Source: an uncultured Desulfospira sp. | GTDB taxonomy: Bacteria; Desulfobacterota; Desulfobacteria; Desulfobacterales; Desulfobacteraceae | Assembly: GCA_963663165.1 (NCBI GenBank) | Contig: OY760175.1 | Span: forward strand, 2,144,001 to 2,208,000 | Direction: 5' to 3' | DNA length: 64,000 nucleotides | Part shown: positions 20,898 to 30,886 of the stretch, one piece after another | How the letters are laid out: every line of letters begins with the position of its first letter | Position numbering within the stretch: the first letter of the stretch is position 1 | Translations under genes and position numbers: made by a program | Notes under the pieces: generated by a model | Told to the model about the DNA's origin: nothing | The model's input: only the letters and a program-made list of their open reading frames with translations | Database searches by the model: none

Positions 20898-20988
20898 TTA
20901 CACCCTTTCTTGGACAAATTCTTGGACAGAAAAAACAACAAGGTACGCCGCTAAAACTATCGCAGGAAAATGTAATTGAAGTCTATTA

Positions 20989-22125
20989 TCAACGGGAGCT
21001 ATAAAACATTTTAATCTCATCAGTAACCCGGAGTATCTCATCATCTTGCATTGCGTAAAAAAGCGGGAGCCGCAGAACCCTTCCACTTAAGTCCATTGTA
21101 TGTTGCAAATTTCCATAAGCCCGGCCGAATTTCCTGCCGGCCGGCGAGGAGTGTAAAGGCACATAATGAAAAAGTGCATTAATATCTCTATCTTGCAAAT
21201 ACTCAATGAGATATGATCTTTCTTTTTCAGATGCTGTTAAAATATAAAAAATATGACCGTTTGAAGTATCAGTTTTATTCTGCCAGGGCAAACCAATCCT
21301 ATTTTGTTGAGAAAGCGGCGTAAGTAACTCAATATACTTATTAAATATTCTCTGTCTTTTTTCTACAATCATCTGCCCCATTTCAAACTGGGCGTGCAAA
21401 AAGGCGGCAATAATTTCACCGGGCAGATAGGAGGAACCGATATCAACCCATGTATATTTATCCACTATGCCTCTGGAAAATTTTTTTCGGTCTGTTCCCT
21501 TTTCCCACAAGATTTCGGCTCTTTCAACGAAACGTTCACTGTTTAGTAAAATGGCCCCGCCTTCTCCACTGATAATATTTTTCGTTTCATGAAAACTTAA
21601 TGTACCGATATCACCAATAGTGCCAAGATGCTGGTCTTCATATTTTGAAAAAAGGGCTTGGGCGGCATCTTCTACAACAAACAGATGCCTCCTTCGGGCA
21701 ATTTCACAAATTATGTCCATCTCACAAGGTATCCCGGCATAATGAACCGGAACAACGGCTTTTGTCCGATCTGTGATAGCGGCTTCAATTAATTTTTCAT
21801 CGATATTGAGCGTATCCGGCCGGATATCGATAAAAACAGGCACCCCTCCACGAAGGACAAAAGCATTGGCAGTTGATACAAATGTAAAGGAAGGCATGAT
21901 TACTTCATCCCCCGGTTGGATATCACAAAGAATCGCCGCCATTTCTAAAGCAGCCGTGCAAGAATGGGTTAATAGCGCCTTGTGACAGCCTGTCATCTTT
22001 TGCAGCCATTCATGACATTTTTTTGTATAAACCCCATCGCCTGAAAGCTGTTTATACTCAATTACTGCCCGGGAAATATTAAATAATTCTTTTCCCACAA
22101 TGAATGGTTTATTGTATGGTATCAT
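20989..22125 (-). CDS. rffA: dTDP-4-amino-4,6-dideoxygalactose transaminase (WecE/RffA)
   Basis: MIPYNKP, SCTAALEMAA, EDAAQ, SFHETKN, EKGTDR, VDKYTWVDIGSSY, FHYVPLHSSPAG. Confidence 0.9.
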   Translation of the reverse strand: MIPYNKPFIVGKELFNISRAVIEYKQLSGDGVYTKKCHEWLQKMTGCHKALLTHSCTAALEMAAILCDIQPGDEVIMPSFTFVSTANAFVLRGGVPVFIDIRPDTLNIDEKLIEAAITDRTKAVVPVHYAGIPCEMDIICEIARRRHLFVVEDAAQALFSKYEDQHLGTIGDIGTLSFHETKNIISGEGGAILLNSERFVERAEILWEKGTDRKKFSRGIVDKYTWVDIGSSYLPGEIIAAFLHAQFEMGQMIVEKRQRIFNKYIELLTPLSQQNRIGLPWQNKTDTSNGHIFYILTASEKERSYLIEYLQDRDINALFHYVPLHSSPAGRKFGRAYGNLQHTMDLSGRVLRLPLFYAMQDDEILRVTDEIKMFYSSR

Positions 22126-22936
22126 TTTTTTCTGCCACCAGTATGATGCTTCCTCCGGGTACTTTTGATACCCACTGGTCAAGTTTATTTTCCAACCGGC
22201 ACAGCCGGAAAAGCAAGCTATTTAAAAACGGGTTGATACGAATTTCTCTCTCACCCATTTCCTCTTTTGAAACAGGGCTGCGGTCATCCGGTTCTATAAA
22301 ATGCCGCAGAAGAAGCAGCGGGAAAATGGCTGAAAAAAAATAACTGCCATGTAAAACACAAAAACCCGCCTTTTCCACCACTTTAGTTAATCCTCCCAGT
22401 GTGTAGCGGCGTTTATGACCATAAGCATCCCCTCTGTTCCAAAGGAAGTTGAGCGCTGGGACAGTCAAAACAATCCTTCCGCAAGGTTTTAACATAGAAG
22501 AGCACTTCCGCAAGGCTAATATATCATCATCAATATGCTCCAAGACATCAAACATGCCAATACCGTCAAAATGCTGGTAAAATGGAGGATCAAACAAATC
22601 GAACTGATAGCATTTTGAAATGCCGTATTCCTGAGCATACTGCAATCCACGCAGATGCATTTCCCCTGCAGCAATATTATACCCCGCCTGGGAAAGAAAA
22701 TGAGAAACATTACCTGTCCCGGCACCAATCTCAATAATATCCCCATTGGGATTAATATATTGATTAAAAACAGACAGTATCTTTTCTTTCCGAATTAAAA
22801 ACCAAAAATGTCTATCTTCGACAGAATAGTTTATATCCAACCAAGAAACATTGTAATCTTCACAATCATCTTCAACCGACGGACTAAAAAGAAATATTCC
22901 GTTTTCTGTTGTTATTTGTTTTCTTAATAAAACCAC
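22109..22936 (-). CDS. Class I SAM methyltransferase
   Basis: EDRHFWF, IEIGAGTG, FDVLEHI, HKRRY, GGS. Confidence 0.83.
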   Translation of the reverse strand: MVLLRKQITTENGIFLFSPSVEDDCEDYNVSWLDINYSVEDRHFWFLIRKEKILSVFNQYINPNGDIIEIGAGTGNVSHFLSQAGYNIAAGEMHLRGLQYAQEYGISKCYQFDLFDPPFYQHFDGIGMFDVLEHIDDDILALRKCSSMLKPCGRIVLTVPALNFLWNRGDAYGHKRRYTLGGLTKVVEKAGFCVLHGSYFFSAIFPLLLLRHFIEPDDRSPVSKEEMGEREIRINPFLNSLLFRLCRLENKLDQWVSKVPGGSIILVAEKNDTIQ

Positions 22937-23056
22937 ACTGATTATTATTCTATGTTAACAGATTCATCAAAATCCAAGATCATTGAGAATGATTCTATCC
23001 TCGGCCCGGATTGCGAAACATTGAAATCAAAGCAACCGTCCGCCTTGGTCTTATGC

Positions 23057-23371
23057 TTAGCGGATAAAAATATTAATACCGACCAGCACTAAAACCAATC
23101 CAAGCCATCCGATTTTTGTAAATTTTTCTTTAAAAAAAATAGCTGAAGAAACGATAACAAGACCATAATTTATGCTCATAACAATAACGAACGATTTTAA
23201 ATCTATTATCGATAAAACAAGATACGAAAAAAAAGTCGTCAGCACAAAAAGGGAATACCCCAAGAGGGTGTATTTATTTAAATAAACACTTTCCCTGCCT
23301 GCACCTATTTTTAATAAGAGGTTGGCTGCTGTCGACAAAACAATAGCAATGCCAGCATACACATATATCAT
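23057..23371 (-). CDS. SMR/EamA-like 4-TM protein (ArnE/ArnF-like flippase subunit)
   Basis: 104 aa, four hydrophobic segments, ANLLLK, FFKEK, GLVLVLVG. Confidence 0.7.
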   Translation of the reverse strand: MIYVYAGIAIVLSTAANLLLKIGAGRESVYLNKYTLLGYSLFVLTTFFSYLVLSIIDLKSFVIVMSINYGLVIVSSAIFFKEKFTKIGWLGLVLVLVGINIFIR

Positions 23372-23699
23372 ATTTTACCATGATTTATTGAAATCAATAT
23401 CAATCCGGAAATCATCACAGCGAGGCCGACAACATTATTGATGGTAATCTTTTCGTCAAAAAGCAACCATCCATAAATAAGAACAACCGGCTGAACCAGA
23501 GGTAAAAAAGGATATACTAAGCTCAAAGGAGCCCTTTTTAGAGCTTGTTGATATGACAATGCGCCAAAAAACGAAAAAATATAAGTTGAACAAAATATCA
23601 GCAATGCCCCTATGCCTGAAAAAAAAAAGATATTTTGATTAACAGAAAAGGAATTGATTGCAGGACAATTGTCACTATAATCAAACCAAAAACAAGCAT
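23368..23699 (-). pseudogene. SMR/EamA-like flippase subunit, frameshifted at a T10 tract
   Basis: ATG at 23699 reads MLVFGLIIVTIVLQSIPFLLIKISFFFQA*. The downstream frame continues SGIGALLIFCSTY...PLSLVYPF...LFDEKIT. One extra T in 23619-23628 joins them into 110 aa. Confidence 0.65.
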
Positions 23700-23887
23700 A
23701 TTTTTTCTCAGTATCAAGTGAATTTTGCAGAAACTTATTGAAAAAACTCTCTATTATTTGTTTTCAGTAACGACGGCCAAGCTCTGGATCAAGCCAAAAC
23801 AATCCGGCTTACCCTCTAATATCCCTTGTTCTTTATTTTATTCGTTTGAACGACACCGTATTGTAACCACATCATTAAAAGTGGTTA

Positions 23888-24928
23888 CTAAACATTTGAA
23901 CCATACCTGTCATTCAGCAAAAAACATCCCTGACACAAACAGTCTTTTTCAGCATTTTGTCCGATTATCCTTTTTCTCACCTTCAGCCACTTCTCCTCAT
24001 TCATGATATCTTCAGGGGGGTATTCAAGTACACTTTTTTGGTTACAGTCAGGGTCCAGACAACACATCCCCGTGTTCCCATCTGAATCGACGCTTAAAAA
24101 ATACCACGGCATCCGGCAGAGGTTCTTTGACGTTTTTTTCAACGGCGCCACTTCCGGCCAGTATATTGGATAGCTACCATATCTTTTTTTCAGACAGTTG
24201 ATCACAGCATTATATTGTTTTTGATGAATATCATAAATCACATTGCCGGATTGATCTGAAGGGGCATTGGGCGTCGGAAATGTATTCTGCAAGTAAACAC
24301 CAGAGCATCCGGCGTTGATACCAAGTTCAATGGCCTGCTCTATGGGGGCTGTATTTTCAAGCATGGCTGAATTAATTACCTTCACAATCTTGGTATTAAT
24401 TTTAGAGGAAACACTTGGCAATATTTTTCGTAATAACTCATAATTTTCAGGGTAAAGGGAGACATTTGCCGCATCAAGACCGGCATCCAAAAATCCCTCT
24501 AATCCACCAGCAAGCCTAGCACCATTGGTATTGATGGAAACAAATCTCTTTTGAGATTTTAAATACCGTATAATTTTTTCAAGGTCTTTGACAAGGGTTG
24601 GCTCTCCCCCGGAAAGCATAATATTCAAGGTTTTCTTAAGGACGGGAGTGTTGAATATTTCCTTGGTCTTTTCCAGCGTGGCCTCTTTCCGATTCCCTTT
24701 AACATTAATTGAACTACCCACGATACAAAAAGGGCATGATAAGTTGCATCTATTGGTTATAAGATAGCTTACAAAGACAGGGCTGAATTTTTTGAAATCA
24801 TATGAAACTTTATACTTTCCACACTTATAGCTTAAATAATTCAGTACCTTTGCATTGGGGAAAAAGGCCCATGGATTCTTTTTGACCAGCCATATTAACT
24901 TGTCATACTTTACTTTCAGGGAATTCAT
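23888..24928 (-). CDS. Radical SAM protein with SPASM/twitch domain
   Basis: CNLSCPFC (CX3CX2C), SGGEP, NTNG; C-terminal CRMPW...CC...CQGC. Confidence 0.88.
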   Translation of the reverse strand: MNSLKVKYDKLIWLVKKNPWAFFPNAKVLNYLSYKCGKYKVSYDFKKFSPVFVSYLITNRCNLSCPFCIVGSSINVKGNRKEATLEKTKEIFNTPVLKKTLNIMLSGGEPTLVKDLEKIIRYLKSQKRFVSINTNGARLAGGLEGFLDAGLDAANVSLYPENYELLRKILPSVSSKINTKIVKVINSAMLENTAPIEQAIELGINAGCSGVYLQNTFPTPNAPSDQSGNVIYDIHQKQYNAVINCLKKRYGSYPIYWPEVAPLKKTSKNLCRMPWYFLSVDSDGNTGMCCLDPDCNQKSVLEYPPEDIMNEEKWLKVRKRIIGQNAEKDCLCQGCFLLNDRYGSNV

Positions 24929-25331
24929 TTTTTAGGTGTCACCAAGCTCTGAATGTAATAAATGTTAGTTGAGTATTTTTCTATTTTTCTTTCTACGATG
25001 TCATAATATTTGAGGAGCGCCGCCCAAATAATACCATCGCTATATTCTTTTTAAGCAGTCTAAGCCGAGTACCATCAGGCCACAGTTGACTATACTTTTT
25101 TCAATTGTCTCATTCATACAGGTAATCACATTCCCTTTCTGAAATCAAAAAAAGAAAGCAACCAAGGTACAGAAACCACTTTTCCCCAATAGTACCGTTT
25201 TTTATTCCCACATGCTGCCGGCGAATAGAAGAGAAATTGACGTAAAATAACGGCTATCTCCCCTTAAAAAAGGCTCATAGAACTCTGTTCATGAAAACAT
25301 GCTATCATCAAAGCAAAATAATAAAAGCATT

Positions 25332-26507
25332 TTAGTTATCCAATAAAATAAGAGAGATGTCTGTAAACGAAAGTTTTTCTTTAATTAAAGGGTAATATTT
25401 AGGATTCGTAGCCAATACAATGGCATCACAGCTGTTTTTAGAAAACCACTCTATCCCGAAAATTGGAACACCGTGTTTCTCACTTCCTTGTTTTTCTTTA
25501 GTTTCATCAATACAAACGACTGTATTCAGGCTGTGTACATTGGTAAAGGCCATAATGAGGGTAAAAACTTCTCCGCTTCCAAAAAAAGCAACTCGTTTAG
25601 GAGTAATTTTGAAAAGCTGCCTATCAATAGATTGAAATGCCGTTAACCATTTATCTTTCATTCGAAGAAAAGTATCGCTCTCATTAATTACCGAATAGGG
25701 GGATGGTAGATTGCCTTGATTGGGGGCAACAGATTCAAAATCCCGGCAGACAAACAAGCCAATACCATGATTAATTGGGTGATCTGAATCACAATGCTCA
25801 AGTAACAATCCGTTATTCGCCAATACTCTTTTAAACTGGTTTACCGTGAAATGCCAAATATGTTCAGCAAAAAAGATATCATAACCACCGAAATCTTGAA
25901 TCGGCAGTGTAATGATAATCATCCCACCTTCATTTAACATGCACCGTATTTTAGAAATAAAATCCCTAATATCAATGACATGCTCAATTACATTAATTAA
26001 AATTATAACATCGTATGAACCCGCGACTGTTTTGGAAGATGGCCCTGCAATAAATTGTTGTTTAACGGACAACCCTTTTTTTTGTGCGAGTTTTACAGCT
26101 TTGGCACTTCCATCGATTCCGGTAAGTTTTCTATCAGGAAAAGCCTCAAAAAATCTTAAAAGCAAATTCCCCTCACCACACCCAATTTCCAATAAGGAAT
26201 CAAATGAGTCGGGTAAATGGGGGCAGATCCAATCAAAAAATACTTTCGAACGGGCAACATGCCCATCATTTGTAAAGAACCGATGTTCTTCTACCCCCAG
26301 CGTATTAAGTTCATAGGCTTCACCATAAAAAATTTCAAGCTCTTGATCAGATAATTCTTTATCATTTCGAACCGCGCCACATGAGCTGCACATAACCTTA
26401 TTAATATTTCCGTCACTGATCCTTTGATCACCGGTAATTAGCTTATCCGTTTTTGTTTGCAAGTACGGTAACCACTCTTGGCTGCTACAAACTGGACAAG
26501 ACGGCAT
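25332..26507 (-). CDS. SAM methyltransferase with NDP-sugar C-methyltransferase-like architecture
   Basis: N-terminal CPVC...CSSCG Zn site, LEIGCGEG, VIEHV, EHIWHF; C-terminal Rossmann-like FGSG...IDETKEKQG. Confidence 0.75.
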   Translation of the reverse strand: MPSCPVCSSQEWLPYLQTKTDKLITGDQRISDGNINKVMCSSCGAVRNDKELSDQELEIFYGEAYELNTLGVEEHRFFTNDGHVARSKVFFDWICPHLPDSFDSLLEIGCGEGNLLLRFFEAFPDRKLTGIDGSAKAVKLAQKKGLSVKQQFIAGPSSKTVAGSYDVIILINVIEHVIDIRDFISKIRCMLNEGGMIIITLPIQDFGGYDIFFAEHIWHFTVNQFKRVLANNGLLLEHCDSDHPINHGIGLFVCRDFESVAPNQGNLPSPYSVINESDTFLRMKDKWLTAFQSIDRQLFKITPKRVAFFGSGEVFTLIMAFTNVHSLNTVVCIDETKEKQGSEKHGVPIFGIEWFSKNSCDAIVLATNPKYYPLIKEKLSFTDISLILLDN

Positions 26508-27222
26508 TTGTTTTTTTCCTTATTTCCTCAGGTAAAGGGCTATACATAATTTGTTCAAAAGATTGTTTCCCCTTATTCATCATTAAATCAATAATCGACA
26601 TATAAGGGACAAACCCATCCCCAAATAACTGAGAATACGGCCTATGTTGATAGTCCTGAAAAATAACCTCAACCTTATTTGCCCTAAAATATTGTGTATC
26701 AATAAAAGTTGACGCTGCCTTACCATCGTACAGGACATCTGCACCATAGAAACCGACAATCTCAAGTATTCGATCCATTTTATTGTCTGAATGACGCGGA
26801 ACTTGAGAAGAATGATGAACCGGCGTCTCAATTCCGATGTATGCCGATATTCTGTCATTGAGCTTGTAATTTAAATCCACCAATTTTTCATAATCATCCT
26901 GGATCACCTTTTCGAGTAACCCATATATCTCATCAAAAAAAGGAGCTTTTCGATACCAATTTTCCACTTTGCTCAGCAATTGGGTTCTCCAGTCTGAATC
27001 CGTGGAGATAAACACATTATTAAGCATTGTTCCCCGAGCACATTTCTTAACTGGAACAAAAATTCTTTTAGGGCCATTTGGGCTTAGTAATTGATTCGTA
27101 TTTCGCCAATCTTTTTTTGTATATTGGACATCATCCATATATACAAATAGGTCAGCCACCGCCATCTGCTCAAAATAACCCATCCATGGAATGAAGCATG
27201 GTTGTATTATCGAAATAATCAA
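26485..27222 (-). CDS. WbqC-family protein
   Basis: IQPCFIPWMGYF, DDVQYTKKDWRN, YRKAPFF, MSIIDLMMNKG. Confidence 0.88.
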   Translation of the reverse strand: MIISIIQPCFIPWMGYFEQMAVADLFVYMDDVQYTKKDWRNTNQLLSPNGPKRIFVPVKKCARGTMLNNVFISTDSDWRTQLLSKVENWYRKAPFFDEIYGLLEKVIQDDYEKLVDLNYKLNDRISAYIGIETPVHHSSQVPRHSDNKMDRILEIVGFYGADVLYDGKAASTFIDTQYFRANKVEVIFQDYQHRPYSQLFGDGFVPYMSIIDLMMNKGKQSFEQIMYSPLPEEIRKKTNAVLSSL

Positions 27223-28290
27223 TTAAAGGTTCCTGAATTCATTAACGGCATTTACCGTTTTGTCAATATCACTAACTGTTACACGATGGTCTACAAAAAA
27301 ATTGATCACATGCTTTCCAAAAAACTCCCCCCCCGGGAACTCGCCCTGCCGGTAGCCAAAAAGGTTATCAACCCTTGGATACCAGGCACTGACCAAAAGG
27401 TTTTTACTGCGCAGATCTTTAATCAACCCATTCCTGAATTTTTCATTTTTACACAGACAGGTATAGCGCCAGATGATTTCACCAGGTTTTCGGGGTCTAT
27501 GGGTGATCATATCATTGTTTATATGTTTTCTATATAAATCCGATTTAAACCGCCGGTCTTCAATATTTTTGCCAAGTTGTACGATAGCCTTTTTAATATC
27601 CAGCACGTCCGTTTTTGTAAGGCGATGAAGGAAAAGGGTACTGTATGTTTCATATAGTTTACAGTAGGATTCAGGAAGAATGTGTGCCATAGACCGGATT
27701 TGCGAGAGTTCATTGGCAAATTCTTCTGCCTGTGTCGTAAACCCTGAATCCCAATACGGCAAAGTTTCATTCAGCTTTTTTAACTCATCAAACAATTCAC
27801 CATCTTTGACTGAAACGGCTCCCCCGATTCCGTTTTCTACAATTTTCGCATACCCAAAGCTATAAATGGCGGCATGTCCGTACTCACCAACCATCCTGCC
27901 GTTATATGATGCCCCAAAAGCATTGCACACATCTTCTATCACAAAAATATTTTTAGACTCAGCCCAGGTAACTATTTCATCAACCATAACCGGTTGACCG
28001 AAATTGTGGGTTACAAGTAAAATTTCCTCATTAGTCCACTTTTCTTGTATCTGCTCAAGGCCGCCGTTCCCGGATATCCTTTCAACATCATAAAAAACCG
28101 GCTCCAGGCCTGAATGGCGAACTATGGCAACAACGACTTCACATATATTAACCGGAAGTAAAACTTTTCTGATATCAGGCTCTATGACTCTGAACAATAG
28201 ATACAGTGCGGTTGTACCCCTACCTGTAAAAAGGAGGTTATTCTTCAAAATCAACGGATTCAAGTTCTTTAAAATTTTTCCTAAATTCAA
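27223..28290 (-). CDS. DegT/DnrJ/EryC1/StrS PLP aminotransferase (divergent)
   Basis: GTTAL, HNFGQP, IEDVCNA, SFGYAK (PLP lysine), GGA; start uncertain. Confidence 0.75.
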   Translation of the reverse strand: MNLGKILKNLNPLILKNNLLFTGRGTTALYLLFRVIEPDIRKVLLPVNICEVVVAIVRHSGLEPVFYDVERISGNGGLEQIQEKWTNEEILLVTHNFGQPVMVDEIVTWAESKNIFVIEDVCNAFGASYNGRMVGEYGHAAIYSFGYAKIVENGIGGAVSVKDGELFDELKKLNETLPYWDSGFTTQAEEFANELSQIRSMAHILPESYCKLYETYSTLFLHRLTKTDVLDIKKAIVQLGKNIEDRRFKSDLYRKHINNDMITHRPRKPGEIIWRYTCLCKNEKFRNGLIKDLRSKNLLVSAWYPRVDNLFGYRQGEFPGGEFFGKHVINFFVDHRVTVSDIDKTVNAVNEFRNL

Positions 28291-29191
28291 GGTTCTTGTT
28301 CATTCTTTCAAGCTTGTAGGCAATTAAACCAAGCATATTCATCTGCATGCCGAATAGTCCTATTGCCACGGCAAAAATTAACATATTTGTCGGCAAGGGC
28401 GCCTGAACCAGAATACCACGGGTAATTAAGCTTACGCCCACGATTATGGAAAATAAAAAAGAGGAACAACCAATTGACAAAAGAAAAACAATAGATTTAC
28501 TGCCGGAGGTATAATTCAGCAATGCCAGGATCAGCGCATTGACCAAATCGCTAAACCGATATCCGCTTTTTCCATTATCAACATTATAATCGATACTTAC
28601 TTCAAATTGCCTCAACTGTATATATGCAATAAGGAGGGGTAAATTCTGAATCAGATGCCCGTAACTGAAAATTCGGTCAAGAACCGGTCGCCTGAAAAGC
28701 TTAAATGTAGAACCGACATCCACCAAGTTTGTTCGGCATATGGTGTTAATTAATTTGGTAACAAAATATGACCCTGCAGACCGAATGAACGAGGACGACC
28801 GTTTTGCCCTGCTGCCGCTGATTACATCCCAGGACTCCTCAGACAAAGCTTTTTCATATAATTTTTTAATATTCGACGGATGGACCTGCATGTCCGAGTC
28901 CATCATAAAAATAAATTCTCCCGTTGCTTTTTTTAATGCTATAGAGGTCGCAATGTGCTGGCCTACGTTTTCTTTCAGGTTAATTATTTTTAACTGGGGA
29001 TATTTCCTTTTAAGCTGTTCAAGTTGACTTTGGGTATCATCAACGCTGGCGTCATTTACAAGAACCATTTCATAATCTTTTGAAATCTCAGAAAGGGCGT
29101 CATTACAGGAGGCAACAAACGGCTCAATAAATGCTGAATTATTATAAACAGGTGACACCAAAGAAATTTTAATATTTTTTTTATCAGACAT
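28238..29191 (-). CDS. ArnC/GtrB-like polyprenyl-phosphate glycosyltransferase (GT2)
   Basis: VSPVYN, VNDASVD, NVGQH, MDSDMQ (DXD), two C-terminal transmembrane helices. Confidence 0.82.
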   Translation of the reverse strand: MSDKKNIKISLVSPVYNNSAFIEPFVASCNDALSEISKDYEMVLVNDASVDDTQSQLEQLKRKYPQLKIINLKENVGQHIATSIALKKATGEFIFMMDSDMQVHPSNIKKLYEKALSEESWDVISGSRAKRSSSFIRSAGSYFVTKLINTICRTNLVDVGSTFKLFRRPVLDRIFSYGHLIQNLPLLIAYIQLRQFEVSIDYNVDNGKSGYRFSDLVNALILALLNYTSGSKSIVFLLSIGCSSFLFSIIVGVSLITRGILVQAPLPTNMLIFAVAIGLFGMQMNMLGLIAYKLERMNKNLEFRKNFKELESVDFEE

Positions 29192-30152
29192 ACAACTCTT
29201 CCATAAAGCGAAGCACCGTTCCTTGAGTTATCTTAGGCGCTTTAACTTTGCCGTATTTAATGTCAGACAGCCACATTTCAATTTCATTAAAACCGAAATG
29301 GGCCCGTATACCTGTAGTTCCTGAAAATCGCGGATTAATTTCTATTATTTTAGGTTCGTTATGGTGCAGGCGAAACTGAATATTATTTACACCTGTCAGA
29401 TCCGATTTTTTGATCACCTCAGCACAGAAAGATTCCAGTCTTTCGGATCTGACCACTTCAGCCGTATTGGTCATTCCAAACTTTAATTTGCGTTTCAACA
29501 AAATAACAAATACCTCATCGGCTTTTGTTCTGTATGTTCCTGCCGTAAACTCCGACGCCTCGTCTCCGACAAATTCCTGGATGATTGGATCCGGCATAAT
29601 TTTTAAAAAATTGTTTAGTTCAGATTGATTCTTTGCAACATAAAGGGATCGAGAACCGCCGCCGACTTTGGGCTTGATTATCGCAGGAAATTGAAGTTTA
29701 CAAATACCGGCTTCATCAATTAAACCGTTTTCCCCTTCAAACGTCTTGGGAGAACCAATACTGTTGGCAATATACCATTTATACGCTTGCCACTTATCAT
29801 TAAACAAAGTCTGTGCTGCAAACGAATTGGTCAACACACGGCAGCCCAACTCTTTTTTAAAGACCTCTTTCACTGACGACAATAACATTATCTCAGCATC
29901 TGAGGTTGGTATAATTACATTTATCCTCTCGGATCTGATGATCTGTTTTATTTGTTCAATGTATGCCTGCTCATCCCTGGCAAACGGAACATTAAAGAAT
30001 GTATCAACCCAGTACTTACCAACAACCTCTTTATACACATCACAGCCGGAAATCTTTGGTCTTCCGGATATTAGTTTTATGGCTTTAATAACAGAAAAGG
30101 CCAGTTCAGATCCAACGGCCGTGACCAGCACATTTATATCACCAAAATTCAT
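29184..30152 (-). CDS. ATP-grasp domain protein
   Basis: NVLVTAVG, DKW, IIKPKVGGGSR, IQEFV, IEINPRFSG. Confidence 0.85.
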   Translation of the reverse strand: MNFGDINVLVTAVGSELAFSVIKAIKLISGRPKISGCDVYKEVVGKYWVDTFFNVPFARDEQAYIEQIKQIIRSERINVIIPTSDAEIMLLSSVKEVFKKELGCRVLTNSFAAQTLFNDKWQAYKWYIANSIGSPKTFEGENGLIDEAGICKLQFPAIIKPKVGGGSRSLYVAKNQSELNNFLKIMPDPIIQEFVGDEASEFTAGTYRTKADEVFVILLKRKLKFGMTNTAEVVRSERLESFCAEVIKKSDLTGVNNIQFRLHHNEPKIIEINPRFSGTTGIRAHFGFNEIEMWLSDIKYGKVKAPKITQGTVLRFMEELYV

Positions 30153-30886
30153 TTGACCTCTCTTTCCTGTTCGCCTTTTACCATGAAAAAGGAACGCCCC
30201 AGGTCTTCCAGCGCATAGGCATTACTTCCCAAAGTAATGAAAGCATTGGCTTTTATACACAAAGAGATGAGGTGATCAATAATGGATTTGTGGTAAACAT
30301 AATTTATCTCAATGGCCGTATGGCATCTTCCTGCATGCTGGATAACCTGTTCAATATACTTCATAGGGAATTTTCCAGCATATTTGGTGCATGTTGCCCC
30401 TATATGGGCGATTGAATCAACAATAGGATTTTCGGCCAGGGCGATTAATGTTTTAAACTCCAGATCAACGGCCTGGTCAAAGGACAAGTCTCTTACACGG
30501 ACACCATCCTCAAGACCGGGATAACGATGGGCGGCACCGAGTATGAAATCAGCATTCTCCAACATATGCGAGTCTATCTGAAGGCCGCCTTCAAAATCGA
30601 CTGCCGGAACTTCAAAACCGACCGTTATATCGATCAAGCCTTTGAACTTTTCCTGACATTGCCTGATCTGAGCAACATATGCCTTAAACCAGTCTTTTGT
30701 ATCAAACAACCATGGTTCAGTGTGTTCAGTAAACGCAATGATGGAACAGCCCAAGGCTGCGGCATGACCCACCAGCTCCTCAATGGAATTTTTTCCTTTT
30801 GAAAATGAGGTGTGCACATGGCATTCATAAAAAGGGATTTCCCGGAAAAGAAAACGCTTCGGATCAATACAAAGGCTGCACGCCAT
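30149..30886 (-). CDS. PHP domain protein
   Basis: HVHTSFS, FTEH, AH, EIN; final motif GSNAY instead of GSDAH. Confidence 0.78.
   Translation of the reverse strand: MACSLCIDPKRFLFREIPFYECHVHTSFSKGKNSIEELVGHAAALGCSIIAFTEHTEPWLFDTKDWFKAYVAQIRQCQEKFKGLIDITVGFEVPAVDFEGGLQIDSHMLENADFILGAAHRYPGLEDGVRVRDLSFDQAVDLEFKTLIALAENPIVDSIAHIGATCTKYAGKFPMKYIEQVIQHAGRCHTAIEINYVYHKSIIDHLISLCIKANAFITLGSNAYALEDLGRSFFMVKGEQEREVK

Noticed and set aside
24929..25331. Possible gene in a 400-bp gap
   Set aside because: Minus-strand frames are interrupted by stops and no family motif was recognisable; may be a decayed gene but I cannot support a call.
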